A stretch of DNA of 64,000 bases, taken from the NCBI GenBank assembly GCA_039096935.1, contig JBBPEE010000035.1, positions 434,001 through 498,000 of the forward strand. Direction: 5' to 3'. The position numbers and the translations under genes are program-made. Positions 1-12,868 of this stretch are shown here, one piece after another. The notes beneath the pieces are model-generated. The model was not told the DNA's origin and did no database searches. It saw only the letters and a program-made list of their open reading frames with translations. This DNA is from Blastocystis sp. ATCC 50177/Nand II (Eukaryota). The number at the start of each line of letters is the position of its first letter. Position 1 is the first letter of the stretch.

Positions 1-425
1 CGATTCCGACGATAAAATGGGAGCTAACGGACACGGCTGATTTCAAAATGGGTTTGGGTCGTCATAAGGAGTCATAAGCAGAACGAAAGGATGCGAAGAA
101 CTCTGGGCCGGTCATCGATTACAAGCGACGACGGCAGAGCTATCGGGCGAAGATGACGCATCTGACGAAGAGAACCACAATCCAGGAACATCGTGATATC
201 ATCAACATGAGGATGCTCATGCTCGCAGAAGAGAAGGGCTACAAACTCGAGGGAGAGATTGATCGCGTGACAACCAAAACAACGCCAAAGGACATCGAGG
301 ATGAGCTGCGGAGGAAGAGGTAGTTTTACACTCACGGACTCACGAATAGGATCACTCCCAAGGAATTACAGTTTAGGAACCCATTGGACGCGCGTAACCA
401 TGTGAGAAGGCGCATGGCCAAGTAG
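1..425 (+). CDS. SNRNP48: 3' part of U11/U12 snRNP 48 kDa protein-like gene (5' end outside the window)
   Basis: Spliced reading gives IDYKRRRQSYRAKMTHLTKRTTIQEHRDII, matching the SNRNP48 C-terminal motif DYKRRRQSYRAK; two 30-nt GT-AG introns; TAG at 423-425. Confidence 0.7.
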
Positions 426-675
426 CTCCAGCTCGCTCTGGTGTTGGATATCGTAATTTGGGTTATTGTTTCTTCAACCATGCGCTTCATTCCGACACAT
501 GGGAACATATCAAAATCCCCGTTTTTGTCGACTCCTTTTGTAACGTGCAGCAATTATTCTCTTCAACCTGTAAATCAGTTGTTGTCTCTGTACGTGTTTG
601 AGTGAGGTGGATGTTGAGCGTTGCTTTCTCGTGTCAGCGGTGAAGTTGACAGCCTCGCTAATCCCTTTGTAGAAA

Positions 676-1269
676 ATGCTCATTCCGCCTACCTTTCTTG
701 AAATTAAGGGAATGAGATTCCTTATCACTGGAGTTTGGGGCCCGGCGTTTGTGTTCCCTGTAGATGCCCCGTGACTTCGAGCTTAGCGAGTTTGAGAGAC
801 TGTACCGCCAGTACAACGTCACTGATGTCGTCAGAACCTGCGAAGAGTGTCAGTATACTGATGAGTTTTTGAAGAGTCTGAATATCGAGGGACACGTGAC
901 CTTCTTAGGTGAAATCCTCATCGCTAGGTGTTTGTGTTCGCCGATGGTAGCCTGCCTCCCGCCGAAGTCGTTCAGCAGTTTATGGATTTGTGTGAAAGCC
1001 GTTTTGGTCCTGAAGCAACGAATCCAAAGGCAACCATTTCCGTGGTGATGCGAGCTGCGTTTGAGGGCTAGATTCATTGCAAGGCAGGTCTTGGTAGAGC
1101 GCCCACGCTGGTCACCATCGCTCTGATCGAGCACGGAATGAACAACTTGGAGGCGATTCAGACGGTGAAGAAGTACAGAAACGAGGCCTTCAATCAGAAG
1201 CAACTCATGGCTCTCTCTCAGTATGTTCCTCTTAGCAAGGAGAAGAAGGGCTGCTGTGTCATCGCATAG
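676..1269 (+). CDS. PTP4A: PRL/PTP4A-type prenylated protein tyrosine phosphatase
   Basis: MRFLIT N-terminus, VVRTCE, IHCKAGLGRAP active site, C-terminal CCVIA (CaaX); ~30-nt introns. Confidence 0.92.
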
Positions 1270-1351
1270 ATTGTGGCCATTCGTAGTATTGCCTCTTTGT
1301 TCTGAATCGCAACAAACACGCCAAGTTGTGCCTTTCCACGGAATCTAGTGC

Positions 1352-2199
1352 TTAGAGACGGCCTCCGTTTCCAGCGAGAGGCGCGACGGGCTCCTCGACC
1401 TTGGCGCCCTCCTCCTCCTTCTTCACCACCTCCGTGTGCTGCTCCATCAGCTTCGCCAGCTCCACCTTGGGGGCCTTCAGCATCTTCACCTTGCGGATCA
1501 TGGTGTTCTCGATGGGGTAGATGCGAGTGCACTCCTTCTGGATTCTGGCACCGATCAGCTCAGCGCAGAACTTGTTCACCAGGGAAGCCAGGTCCGACTT
1601 GGACACCTCCTCCGTGATAATCTCCACCATCTTCGCGCGGATGGCGTGGATCTGAGAGGACTGCGCGTAGCACGTCTTCTTGTTCTGGTTCTCCTGCTTG
1701 CGGGTGAACGCGATGCAGAACACGCGCAGCTTGTAGCCATCCGTCGTCGTCACCTCCACGTTCGCCTCGATCAGCGTCTTCCACTTCTTGATCATCGAGC
1801 ACAGCTTGTCGCGGGTGATGTCCATGCCGTAGAACAGGGTGATGCACTTGTCGCCCTGCACGTCCTCCACGCGCAGCTTCATCTTGCGGAAGCCCTGATC
1901 CTCGTTCTTGTTCAGGTCACCCAGGTTGGCCTCGAAGACGCGGCCCTTCAGGCTGTCGGAAGCGATTCTCAGACCAGCAGTGCGGTTCACCAGCGTCTTG
2001 CACACATTGCGCTCCTTGAACTGGTTCGGGGCACGCACGTCGTACCACTCCTTTCTAGCCATGGTATCCACCACCTTCTTTCCCTTTCCCTTCTTGTTGA
2101 CCTTCTTCTGAGACTTGCCTATACAAAGGTGAGAATGAGTTTCAACATGGGGTGGTGAGAAGACAACACCGATTCGAATAAAAACGTACCAATAGCCAT
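1352..2199 (-). CDS. RPS3A: 40S ribosomal protein S3a (eS1)
   Basis: MAIGK after splicing a 71-nt intron (2119-2189); KEWYDVRAP, LKGRVFEANLGDL, TCYAQSSQ. Confidence 0.97.
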
Positions 2200-2441
2200 T
2201 GTATAGCACAACTATTTGATGAACAAGACAGAGCCACAGATTCCGTCCCCGCGTCCTCTTCAATTCTTGGGCCCACAGGGCTTGTGCTGCTCTTCAATTC
2301 CTCCTCAAATCGCTCAGTACAGCATTCACGGTGGTAAGTATGGTAGGAAGGAGGTTAGTGACCATGGTAGCAACCACGTTGGTACCCATGCTGACAACAA
2401 ACAACCCAGGAAATGGAAAAGGGACAACAGGAACGATCACG

Positions 2442-2966
2442 CTACTCCTTGTCAAACCGTACATGGTAGACAATCAGACGATTCAGATAGTCAAAGTTGC
2501 TGAGGAATTGAATCATGACATACTCACTCGTGCAGTCCCCAACGTGAACACTCTACAGAAATGAAACCAAGAAATGAAGCCCACCTGTTCTGTGCTGACG
2601 TCATCCATATACACAGGCTCGCCAAACTGGGAATACTTCTTTCCATCACTGCTCACCATTACTCGCAGCTGCTATGGATGAGCAAAACATGGAGGAGACA
2701 CCGAAGCGGCAAAACCGCCCTGGAAGGTGATGTGGATTGTACTAAATGGGAGCGCTGGAGTGAAGTGAAACTTCAGTTTCTGCGGACAGGGCTACAATCA
2801 ACTCCATGTCTCATTCCCACAGTATCTGCATACCAATAGGTTAAGGGATCTCCGTCGATCACGGCACTCGCTTTACGAAGCACATCGTAGTGACGCTTTT
2901 CACATGAGCCACTAGGATGAAATAGCAATGGAATCGATACGTAACGGTGCAAGCAACGCCGTTCAT
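2442..2966 (-). CDS. NR2C2AP: NR2C2AP/TRA16-like discoidin (F5/8 type C)-fold protein
   Basis: Five exons joined by eye: IDGDPLTYWYAD...IHITFQGGFAAS...DDVSTEQ...DYLNRLIVYHVRF; FQGGF and R-x-IVYH resemble NR2C2AP. Confidence 0.7.
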
Positions 2967-3073
2967 AGAATTGCGAAGAAGAAGGAAGCGTTTTCTGATT
3001 CCATTAACCGTTTCCCAACACCGATATCCCCTTCTTGTGTTTGCTGGTGGAAGACACGTACAACTAGAATCAT

Positions 3074-4678
3074 ATGAATTCATTCAATTGCACGCTTTGC
3101 CGTTTCTTCCTCCTGTTGTCTGTTTTCCTGTTTGCCGTAGGAAATCGGGGTATTTCTGATATATAGGCACTGAGTAGCAATAGCGCGTTGTCACAGACAG
3201 ATCGTGTGGAGAAATACCGAGGGACGCGGCTCACGACGGTATGTTTGTCATGAAAGGGAGTGACAGAAAGAGAGCAATGGAAGTGACGACTCCAAAGGGA
3301 GAGAGGCTGAGATTCTATTTCCTATGTAGTCTTTTACTTGCTTTCCTGAGGCCTGTAGCTCCATCCAGCGTCACCAAAGCGAAAGGCCCAATTACTGAGA
3401 GTACTTTTGTGAGTGTCCCCGAGTCTGCCAATGCAACGGAAGGCGTTGATACATCCTCGGTGAGCGATTACAGCGATGATAGAGAGAACGAGGCAGCAGA
3501 AGAGGATGCTCAGGAGGCAATTCAGGAAGAGCGTTCCTCATCTCCGAAGAAGCGCTTCCAACAACGCCCAGGCATCAAGGGGCCCAAGCAGAAGCAGAGT
3601 CCACGCATCAATATGACATTGGACATACCGAAGGACGTGTGGGTTCCTCGCAAGCACCCGTTTGACCTGGTTCTGCTCACGACAGCGGAGGCTTCCAAGG
3701 TGAGTTCGGCTCTTTGAAATAAGCAGCAGAACTACGGGTTGTTCAAGATCAAGAACGTGATTCGCATGATGCGCCTCTTCCAACAGTCCTTCTCCGCCAA
3801 GGGAATTGTGTTCACCAACTCTCCCGCGATTCGCAGCTACGCCCAGCGCTCCGACATTCACGTCATTTCCAACTACACGTACAATCTCGTGCGCACCACT
3901 TACCGTGAGGACCAACCGTTACAAGATGCCCCTCATCGGCGCGCTTTTCTCCGCCGCACGTCGCACCTTCGACGGCAGCTACTATGGCTATGTGAACAGC
4001 GACGTGCTTATGACGGTTCAAATCTTCGAGGTGATTCGCATCCTTCAGTACAACACCTTCATTGGCGCACTCGGACCGGACGTGATATTCCGACGTGGGC
4101 GTGATGCGTAGCACGAGATGGCGGGGCGCGTGCACGAAGTAGCGAAGTACAACCTGGTGAACGACGCGTCCGTGGCGGCCTACATGAAGGACCTGAAGGC
4201 AGCGTCGCGCGTGATGCGTCCGCTGCGCAACCAGCACTCGGCCGTGCGGGCAACGGGCGACGGTGAGGCGTAGGATTACTTCATCTTCCCGCACGCGTAC
4301 AACTTCACGGGGATGCAGCCGGCGGTGCTGGGGCGCATCAAGATCGACAACTATCTGCTGTCGTTGCCGCACGCCAATCCCGCGTATGACGAGACGACGC
4401 AATTCGTGAAGAGTGGCGGACTGATCGATACGACGAACTTCGGTGGGGGAGAGGAGAGGCGGTTAGGACTAGTGCTGGGAATCCACCTGGGGAGGGACGG
4501 GTATGTGCACCGGGTGAAGCGAGAGCATTTGAAGGATGGAGATGTGAATTGGAATGTGCCCTTTTTGCCGAACCTGTTTAAGAGTCGCGCGTCGCTAGTG
4601 TATGCAGATTATCGCTTTCGTAGGGAAGGGAGCGGGGATTGAGCATTAGCGAAGGTCTATTGTTTCAAGAACTACTAG
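3074..4678 (+). CDS. Signal-peptide protein with glycosyltransferase-like motifs (hypothetical)
   Basis: Hydrophobic N-terminus, Ser/Glu-rich stem, then YYGYVNSDVL, DYFIF and LGRIKIDNYLL; several ~30-nt introns; ends PKVYCFKNY*. Confidence 0.55.
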
Positions 4679-4705
4679 CACTGCTTCTTGTTGCACAAAC
4701 AGGGG

Positions 4706-6016
4706 ATAATACAAAAGTGGAAAAAGGAAGACGTTTGCCTTGCTGAAAGCAGCAATCAACCCACCGAAGAGAAACGAGCTCTCCCTTATAGCTCTGGAGC
4801 ACGGCCTTGGGAATGGAGTCCATGCTATCGGCGACAACAACGTAGCCTTCCGCCACGCTGATGTCCTTCATCACATAAGCATCGTTCTGTTCCAATAGCT
4901 GCTTGTATTCGTTCCAGTGTTGTTGTGTGAATAATGCAACGATAAGACCCTCAAAGCAGATGCGGGGATGCGGTTTGGTAAAGAAGCCGTCCGGCTGCTG
5001 GCATCCAGCAGCAACGGAATCAACAACCCACTGCGGCGTCACAAGAGTGATATCGGGGGAGAACGAGATGATGCGCCGAATGAACGGGGAGAGGAAGGAA
5101 GCGACGATGCAGCACTGCTTCTCGGAGGACTGGATCTTGTAGGGAATCATCGTATCCACAGAGTGCGTTACAGGGCACACTTCACCGTCGTGCGATTGAA
5201 TGAACTCTGTGAGGAGAGACCGTTCGTGACTAGGGTTCATTCATACGGCGGAAAAGTACGGGTGCGAGAGACACACGAAAAACAGCCAGTTCTAACCATG
5301 ATCCCATTCCACGAAGCCCACCTTAAAGGAAAAAAAGGAGTTTGAGGATACACGTGGAAGTGGAAGCGAAGTGGAGGATCCACAAGAAGGAATGCCAATC
5401 GCAGAAGTGGGAGAGAGACGCTCCTTCTTCGATACGGTGCGCCACATATCCTCTTCTGACAACACGCCCGTCCCTCGTGCAGTCTTCCTGCGGTTCAAAG
5501 CACTCTCAACCATTACCCTCTTATGGGCAAGGAATCGGCCACATCCTTGGCGATCACGATGTACATAGGTACACAGCTCGAATCGTAAAGCACAATGCCT
5601 CCAAAATGAGTAATCACATCCTCAAGAAGGGCAAACCGTTCCTGGCTCTCCGTGAGGATTGTGAACGAACAGAGCGAAAAAAGGGAAAAGGGAGTGATGC
5701 TGTACGTTTCCTAGGGGTAATCCAGAACCAGTGCAGCTACGAATGGATAGACGGTGCCACTTCGAACGGACTCCACAACCCATAAGGGAGAAACAAAGGG
5801 AATCACATCATCTCTCTGCCGCGTCGCTTTCAAAACGGAGTACTCTGAAGGGAGGGCAATGACAACATCAACATCCTGCACGAGGAGAGAGTGAACAATT
5901 CCGCCGCGTTGCGAAATGAGTTGGGAGAGGGAGCCGCGAACGCCCTCGTACGTCCCCTTGTCTGCTTCTTCGGATATGTAGCATTCAAGCGAAGCGAAGA
6001 GGTCCAATGCCTCCAT
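4706..6016 (-). CDS. Multi-BRCT-domain protein (TopBP1-like); stop probably created by polyadenylation
   Basis: BRCT C-terminal motifs VSPLWVVESV, VTPQWVVDSV and VSLRWVDCC; in-frame T at 4706 followed by 4 nt and TGTTTGTG. Confidence 0.7.
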
Positions 6017-6135
6017 ATCCAAAGAAAGAGTGTTTCCCGCCAACTCGGCTTCGCCTTCCCTCCATTCCGGGGTAAAGCAATAGGTCCACGCTGCATAACG
6101 GAAGGGTGAAGAAACAAACAGGAGCAAGACACAAT

Positions 6136-6564
6136 CTACATGTTGGATACGTCTTCAGTGGAATAGATCTTTCGGTGGAGCTGGGAGGGAACGAGCTTCC
6201 TGGGGTGCTTTGTGACGGTCTTCACAGGAATAGAACCGGGCTTCTGAATTGGTCGTTTGCTTTCTATATGTCACACGAGGTGAGAGTCGAATGAACGTGT
6301 TGGCTTCTCCACTTTGGCATCATCCAGATTGAACGCAGGAAGGATGATCTTCTCTACGCCATGAACAAACAGTCACGGTACCAAACTCGGTACGAGCTTC
6401 GTTTCGGGTTCCTTCTCCTCCGGCTTCTCTTCTTCCTTTTCCTTCACAGTTGTTTCTCTAGGATGATGAGAATGGCATTCCATGTGCTACACTTCCTGCT
6501 TCTCGTTGTCTTCCTCATCTTCACTACTGCTGCTGCTTCCATAGGCGAATAGATTTAGGGACAT
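6136..6564 (-). CDS. Small hypothetical charged protein
   Basis: MSLNLFAYGSSSSSEDE...RKLVPSQLHRKIYSTEDVSNM*; three short introns; TGTTTGTT on the minus strand at 6113-6120. Confidence 0.6.
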
Positions 6565-6659
6565 TCCTGGAATCCGATTCTTTGATCGGTTCAAATGGAG
6601 GTACGGATGGAAAGGGAATGTGCGATTGTGTTGAGGCAACAAACCCAGCGTTTGTCAAT

Positions 6660-7742
6660 TTACAGTTCTTCCTCCGTGTGCTCGGTCTTCGGAGTCTCCG
6701 CAGTCTCTGGAGTCTCCGCAGTCTCTGGAGTCTCCGCAGCAGCAGCATTCTCTTGAGACTCCGCAGCAGCAGCGTTCTGGGCCGCCGCCTGCTCTTCCTT
6801 CTTCTTCTTCTCCTCCCAGTAAATCTTCTCGGCCTCCATGCGTTGCTGATCCAGCTTCTTCTGCTCCGCCTCCTCCGCCTCCTTGTCCGCCTGGTCGAGC
6901 TGCTCCTGCATGCTCCACCACTTGTGGATGTTCTTGGGGGTGTTCTTCATCTTCTATGCATCACGCGCGAAGAAGGCACTCACGATGATGATGTTGTCCC
7001 AAAGACCCGCCTCGTACTTCTTCATACTCAGGATCACACGACCCACAGCGGCTTCGTTCCACTCGCACAACTACGAATCAACTACCATCCATGAATTCAC
7101 CTCAGGGTTGATCTTGCCCATCAGATTCAGGTTGAGAACGAACTTCTTCTTCGTCGAAGGACTACACATCATAACACGCCTTTAAGCATTCCATTTCGCT
7201 TCGAAATGAACGGTCGTGGGCTTGAACTCGACAGAATCGATCGAGCAGCCAAGTGTGGCAGGAGTGTCCCACTTGTGTGCCAGCTTGACGTTCATCTTAA
7301 GCTACGTATCATCTGCTGCATTGAAACCGACCTCCGTCTTTCCCTGAGCCCATTGGAATGAAGGAGCAATGACGGAGTAATCCTCCTTGTTTTTGTTAAT
7401 CAGATTCTGCAGCTTCTGAATGTGTGAGCTAAACATCAAGGAGGCAGGACAATTCCACCGCTGACTGCTAACCGCCTTCGAAAACACCTTCGAAATGTCC
7501 ATGTTGTTCTTGTAAGCAATGTCGATGGTCTTTTCGCCGGCCTTCCACCACGAATTCTCGACACACTACTCGTCATGCATCCAATACGCTCAAACCTTCG
7601 TTATGAACTGGCTGTCCAGCATTTCTTTTCCCTTTTCCACATTCTCCAAGTAGTCCATGGCAGACGCTTCATCTCGAATGTCGTTGAGTGCGCAGTTGGC
7701 AAAAGCGAGGAGCAGCAAAACGAATGCACCACAAAACCTCAT
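6660..7742 (-). CDS. Secretory-pathway CS (p23-like) domain protein
   Basis: Signal peptide MRFCGAFVLLLLAFA; PSFQWAQ...NVKLAHKWDTPA CS-like motif; acidic tail with ETPETA repeats ending in EEEL (ER-retrieval-like). Confidence 0.65.
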
Positions 7743-8332
7743 TTCCTCCAGATTGGGAATAGTGAATGAGAATTCACTTGCATTGTGATTGCCCGAAATA
7801 GGGACGATTTTGGATGGAGGGGGAAAGACAGCAAACCGAGATGGGAGTATCTCATTTCATCGCCCCTACTCACTGTGTGACGGAAGAAAGGCTGGCAAAT
7901 CAAGCACGCATCGATGGAATCGTCCATTCCCTAAGAAAACGCAAATACAGCACGGGATAAGTGAAATGAACGCATTCTCAAGCTGAATCTCTCACTCATT
8001 CATGCTTCGCGTGTATTCCTATCGAATTCAACAGTACTTCATTGGAGAAGCCAATATTCAAATGGTACAAGGTGGATCAAGCCTTGGCAATCTGATTGCG
8101 CTGCTCAGCCGAAATCCCTGGGGAATTGGAGGTGTAGCTGCAGTCAAAACCGTTTTAGAAGCAATCGGGATAATCCAAGCTTGGGATAGGAAAGTGAGAA
8201 CTGATTGGCGGATGCGGCTCAGAGACGGGCTCACGGGAGGGTTGTTTCGCCTTTGAAGCGCCATAAGAACATATAATTCTTACGACCCCGCTTGGTAGGC
8301 AGCGCGTTGCGATCGTCTAATTGCTTAGAATA

Positions 8333-8803
8333 ATGTCTGATATCGAGGAATTCTCTGACGTCGATGCTGGTGCTTCCAACACTGAGGCTCTGAAGGCCGG
8401 AAAGATCCGAAAGGGTGATTTCATCGTCATCAATGGCAAGCCCTGCAAGGTCGCTGAGGTTTCCACCTCTAAGACCGGTAAGCACGGCCATGCTAAGGCC
8501 ACCATTGTCGGTCTGGATATTTTCACTGGCAGAAAGTACGAGACCATTTGCCCCACCTCTCACTCCGTCGAGGCTCCCGTCATCAAGAGAGAGGAGTGGC
8601 AGGTCACCGATATGGATGAGGAGGGTTTCCTGACTCTGATGAACGAGGCTTGCGAGGAGAAGTTTGACTGCAAGGTCGAGGAGGAGGCGATGAAGAACGG
8701 CATCCGCGAGGCTCTCGATAAGGGCACTGAGACCGTCCTCGTCACCGTCGTGTCTGCTATGGATACGGAGAAGGTGATGGACTGGAAGACTATCAAGGAG
8801 TAA
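8333..8803 (+). CDS. EIF5A: Translation factor eIF5A
   Basis: STSKTGKHGHAK hypusine site; intronless; TGTTTGTT at ~8832. Confidence 0.97.
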   Translation: MSDIEEFSDVDAGASNTEALKAGKIRKGDFIVINGKPCKVAEVSTSKTGKHGHAKATIVGLDIFTGRKYETICPTSHSVEAPVIKREEWQVTDMDEEGFLTLMNEACEEKFDCKVEEEAMKNGIREALDKGTETVLVTVVSAMDTEKVMDWKTIKE

Positions 8804-8975
8804 TTTGTTTTCAACGGCGATCGGTTATCGTTGTTTGTTCTATACGTTGTGTATGAGGTGCCGGACGTGGCTGGGAGCGCTCTGAGCAGATAAAGCATAT
8901 TAGGGGCGTTTGTGTCCACAAGGGCCCCTTTCTTGTCTCCTCTTTCACCACATTTGAAGCGTATTCGTTCCGGTC

Positions 8976-9933
8976 ATGTTCAACTCGGTTCTCTTTGACG
9001 ACATCAACAAGTCTGCATTCGGTAGGACTTGGTCCGGCCAGTGATTCCCAGATGTGCTGAAGGACGGCTATTCCTTCGACCAGAAGGCCACGATGAAGAC
9101 CTCCCGCATGGGCTGCGTGAGTGGCTGGCGGTATGCTCTCACGGGGTAGAACATGAGTCTTGAGGGAAAGAACTTCACCTCCGCTTTTGGAGGCAAATTC
9201 TCCGTGGACTTCAAGCCCTCCAAGTACTTCGTGGCCAAGAAGCTCTCTGTCGACAGCAATGGCGCCTTCGTGTGCGACCTCGACGTTCCCAATTTGCTGA
9301 AGGGCACCACGCTGATGCTCCGGTAAGGGTCGCACGATTCCGTTAGTGCCTAGCTCTCAGGGAAGCGCTCTGGACTATTCCGTGGCGAAGGCGACTGTGG
9401 GCCTCAAGTATCTCTCCGGAAGATTCGCCTCGGATGTGAACTTCGATACCATTGCTAAGAAGTACACCACGTGCGCCGTGGTCTCCGTAATCGCAGCAGT
9501 CCTTCCTTAGGCGTAGATGGGCAACTTCATGGTGGGAGGCAAGGTGAGCGGAAACGACGAGGGCGCCTACGAGGTGCAGGAGGCGGCTGCCTACCGCTAC
9601 AAGAGCTGCGTCGTGTCTGCCTCGTGCTGCGAGAAGCACACCGTCCTCAACACCGCGCTGTTCGCCGCTCCGTACAAGAACGTGCTGTTCGGCGCCACCT
9701 GCAAGCTCTCTCTCAAGGACGCCGTGAAGCCGGCGATTGCCTTCGGTGTGTGCATAAAGCCCTCGCTCTCCAACGAGGTGCGCGTGAAGGTGGACGCGGA
9801 GGGCAAGCTCGGCATGTTCTACAAGCAGGCCGTTACGGACTTCATCACCGCCTCCGTCACTGGCTCCGTCGATTTCAACAACGTGTTGGGCGGTACTCAT
9901 AGAATGGGATTCGGACTGGAAATTCGTGTTTAA
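8976..9933 (+). CDS. VDAC: Mitochondrial porin (VDAC)
   Basis: N-terminal helix FDDINKSAFDVLKDGY; VKVDAEGKLGMFY; C-terminal HRMGFGLEI; four short introns. Confidence 0.85.
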
Positions 9934-9972
9934 GCTGATTATAGTGCGCTGCTTGTTGAACAAAGACACGGC

Positions 9973-10919
9973 TTACAGCTCCTTGAGCAGATTCATGGCG
10001 TCCTGAGCCACCTCCTCGCGCGTGCGGTTGCCATTGATTCTGCGCCTCACCCCCCTTCTACACGCCTACCTTCTCACCATACCCTTCTCGTCGAAGAGCT
10101 GAATGACCGGCATGCTCGTCTCCATGTGCGTCTTGAAGCGCTTCACCAGAGATTCGGGGTTGTCATCCACACGGCCAGAAGTCTTGCCGCGCTGCAGGCA
10201 ACGCTCCGTCATCACCTCTTCCGAGCACTCCAGCAGCAGAATGAAGCGGAGCTATGGATCAGGTGCGTCCGTAACAGTCACATTCACCTTGTCGCCGACG
10301 AGCTTGTTCCATCCCTCCAGATTCTCCATGCTTCTGGGGAAGCCATCGATGATGATCTTCTTGTTGCCCTGCTGCTCGTAGTACTACGCGCTCACAACGA
10401 TCCAAGAGCTCTACGCGGATCTTCTTCAGGAGGAGGTTGATGGTGATCTCTCCGGGCACGATCAGTCCCTTCTTGATGTAGTCGTTGATCAGCTCGGCGT
10501 CCTTGCTGCCGCTACGCGTTGCCATGCCACTCCACTCCAAACCTCTCCTTTTCCTCACGGAGGCAGTCGCCGGCACTGATGGGGATCCACCCCAGCTCCT
10601 TCTTCAGCGTAGCCGACACGGTTCCCTTTCCTGCGAAATGAGGGGGAAAGCGACACAGAAATACCAGAGCCAGGTCCACCGAGGAGGAAAATCACCTGAG
10701 GCTTCTCTTCGTCCGCAGCGGGGGCTTCCTTCTTGTCTTCCACCGCCTTCACCTCCTCCTTCTTGAAATCTACTCCTTACACTCCCAAACACAGTCTCCT
10801 ACATCTCTTATACACCCAGCGTCCAGCCACAAACAGGGCGCCGCAACCGCCGAGGAAGAGGACAATCCTAGTGCTGACGGCAGAGGAACCACCCCCCACT
10901 TTCCGGCCTTCGAACCCAT
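9973..10919 (-). CDS. CMPK1: UMP-CMP kinase with N-terminal hydrophobic extension
   Basis: VIFLLGGPGSG P-loop, GLIVPGEITI, IDGFPR and GRVDDNPESLVKRF; multiple short introns. Confidence 0.88.
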
Positions 10920-10988
10920 AGAGCACGAGCAAGTCGACATTGTTCAAACAAAAAGACTGCCAGTCTAACAGAAATCCATACTATTCAG

Positions 10989-12868
10989 CTACTGAGTCCC
11001 CGTCATCATGCTCCCGTCCATCTCCCCCGACATTCCCGGGACAAAAAAAGGCGGCATCATCCCCTGCTGCGGTTGCTGCATCGGCGTCATCCGCATCTTG
11101 CCGGCGTTGCTCCCGCTCATCTTCCCATCCCCCATCATCGGCTGCATCGACGGGTAGTACGGCGCGCCGTTCATCATCCCGCCGGGATACCCGTTCATCA
11201 TCCCGCCGGGATAGCCATTCATCATCCCATTCATCATCCCATTCATCATCCCATTCATCATCCCGTTGGGATAGCCATTCGCATACCCATTGGGAAAGCC
11301 ATTGGGGTACCCATTGGCACATCCGTTGGAGAGCCCGTTGGGGTAGGGGTAGTTCATCGGCACGGGCTGGCCCTCCATGCCCGGCATGTTCGGCACGCCC
11401 GAAATCGGGGCCATTCCCGTCATGCTCGGCGTGTTCGGCTGGTTACTCATGCCGCCGAAGCCCTGCATCACGCCCATGGGCCGCGGCCGCATCATCGCTC
11501 CCTGCCCGAACGCCGCGCCGCCCGCCGCGCCCACGCCACCCATGGGCGGCACGCCGGACATCATGGACATCATGCCGTTGCTGTCGCAGGCACCGCCCAT
11601 GGGCGGGTAGTTCTCCACCATCGATAGCGGCATTTGGCGGGACGCTTCGCCTCCCGCGGAGAGGGGCGGGCGCTTGCCGGTGGGCTGCGGCTTGGCGGGA
11701 AAGAGCGGCTGCGCGCCGATCTTGGGCGTGGGCCGCTTGAAGGGCGGGACCTGCATGTACGCGGGCGTGTGGGACGCAGGCGTGTGCGGTGCGGGCGCCA
11801 CGGGCTTGGTGGGCTTGACGGGCTTGGTGGGCTTGACGGGCTGGGAGAAGGGCGTGGTCGAGATGAGGCTGCGCGGCACGCCGCCGCTCTGCTTGGGCGT
11901 GTTCTGCTGCGACGCGCCCCGGCCCACCTTCACTCCCTTCTCTGCCTCCGCCTCCTCCGCCAGACCTGGTGCCATGCCTGGTGCCATGCCTGGTGCCATG
12001 CCTGGTGCCATGCCTGGTGCCATGGTGGATGGAATGTTAGGTGGCATGGCGGGCGGCTTGGGCAGCAGCATCGGCTGCGAGGCCTTCGCCGGTGCGGGAG
12101 TGGGTGCTGGGACAGGGGCGGGCGGCTTGGCGTCGGCGCCCTTGGCGGTCTGGTTGAAAGCCAGCGGCAGCACCGGCGGAATGAGGTACGACATGTCCTG
12201 CAGCGGACGCTTGGCGGAGGTCTTGGTGGGCAGGTTGGCGGAGAGCGGCATCTGCCCGATAGTAGGGTTGTTCTTGTACAGGGGAAGCACGGAGGGAATG
12301 TCGGGCGCCACGGACGGCCGCGGCGGTTCCTGCGCGGGTGCGGGATTTGCGGAAGGAGAAACCTCCTGATTCTAAGGGTGACCGTTTCGAGGAAACGCAT
12401 GCCTCGGATGAACCGGTTGTCGTCGTACTCCGGCCGGCGGTGCTCTTTTTGTCCCCCTTCTTTTCTGTCGCTTTGAGAGAACTCATGCGCGTCTTGGATC
12501 GGGTAACAATAACGTTATGCGGTTTCGCTGGTGCCTTTTTGCTGTAAGCAGCCGTCGCCTTTGTCACGTCCTCCGCATCCTCTTCCTCACTCTCCGCTTC
12601 AAACGATGAACTCTCCTTTTCCTGTGCTTCGTAATCGCTATCATCCTTAGTAGACACGCTAGCACAGTCATCACTAGCCGTTTCAACGTCGTCCTCCTCG
12701 TTCACTTTCAAATCTTCGTTGATTATGGTTTCCGCAAGGGCGAGTAAACTATCACGCTCATATCGAAGATATCGTTGCTTCAGACACAGCATCATGTACT
12801 CTTTCTTTAGCTACGAGTAAAACCACAACACCACAGTGCACCCTCACAATCTCTTCTTCCATGTTCAT
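10989..12868 (-). CDS. Hypothetical protein: N-terminal coiled coil, acidic segment, long Pro/Met/Gly low-complexity tail
   Basis: ORFs 12037..12795 and 10989..12311 join in frame through an intron ending at ~12370; MMNG and APGM 12-nt repeats. Confidence 0.65.

Noticed and set aside
7800..8256. Short + strand ORFs upstream of eIF5A
   Set aside because: Could not be joined into a credible gene
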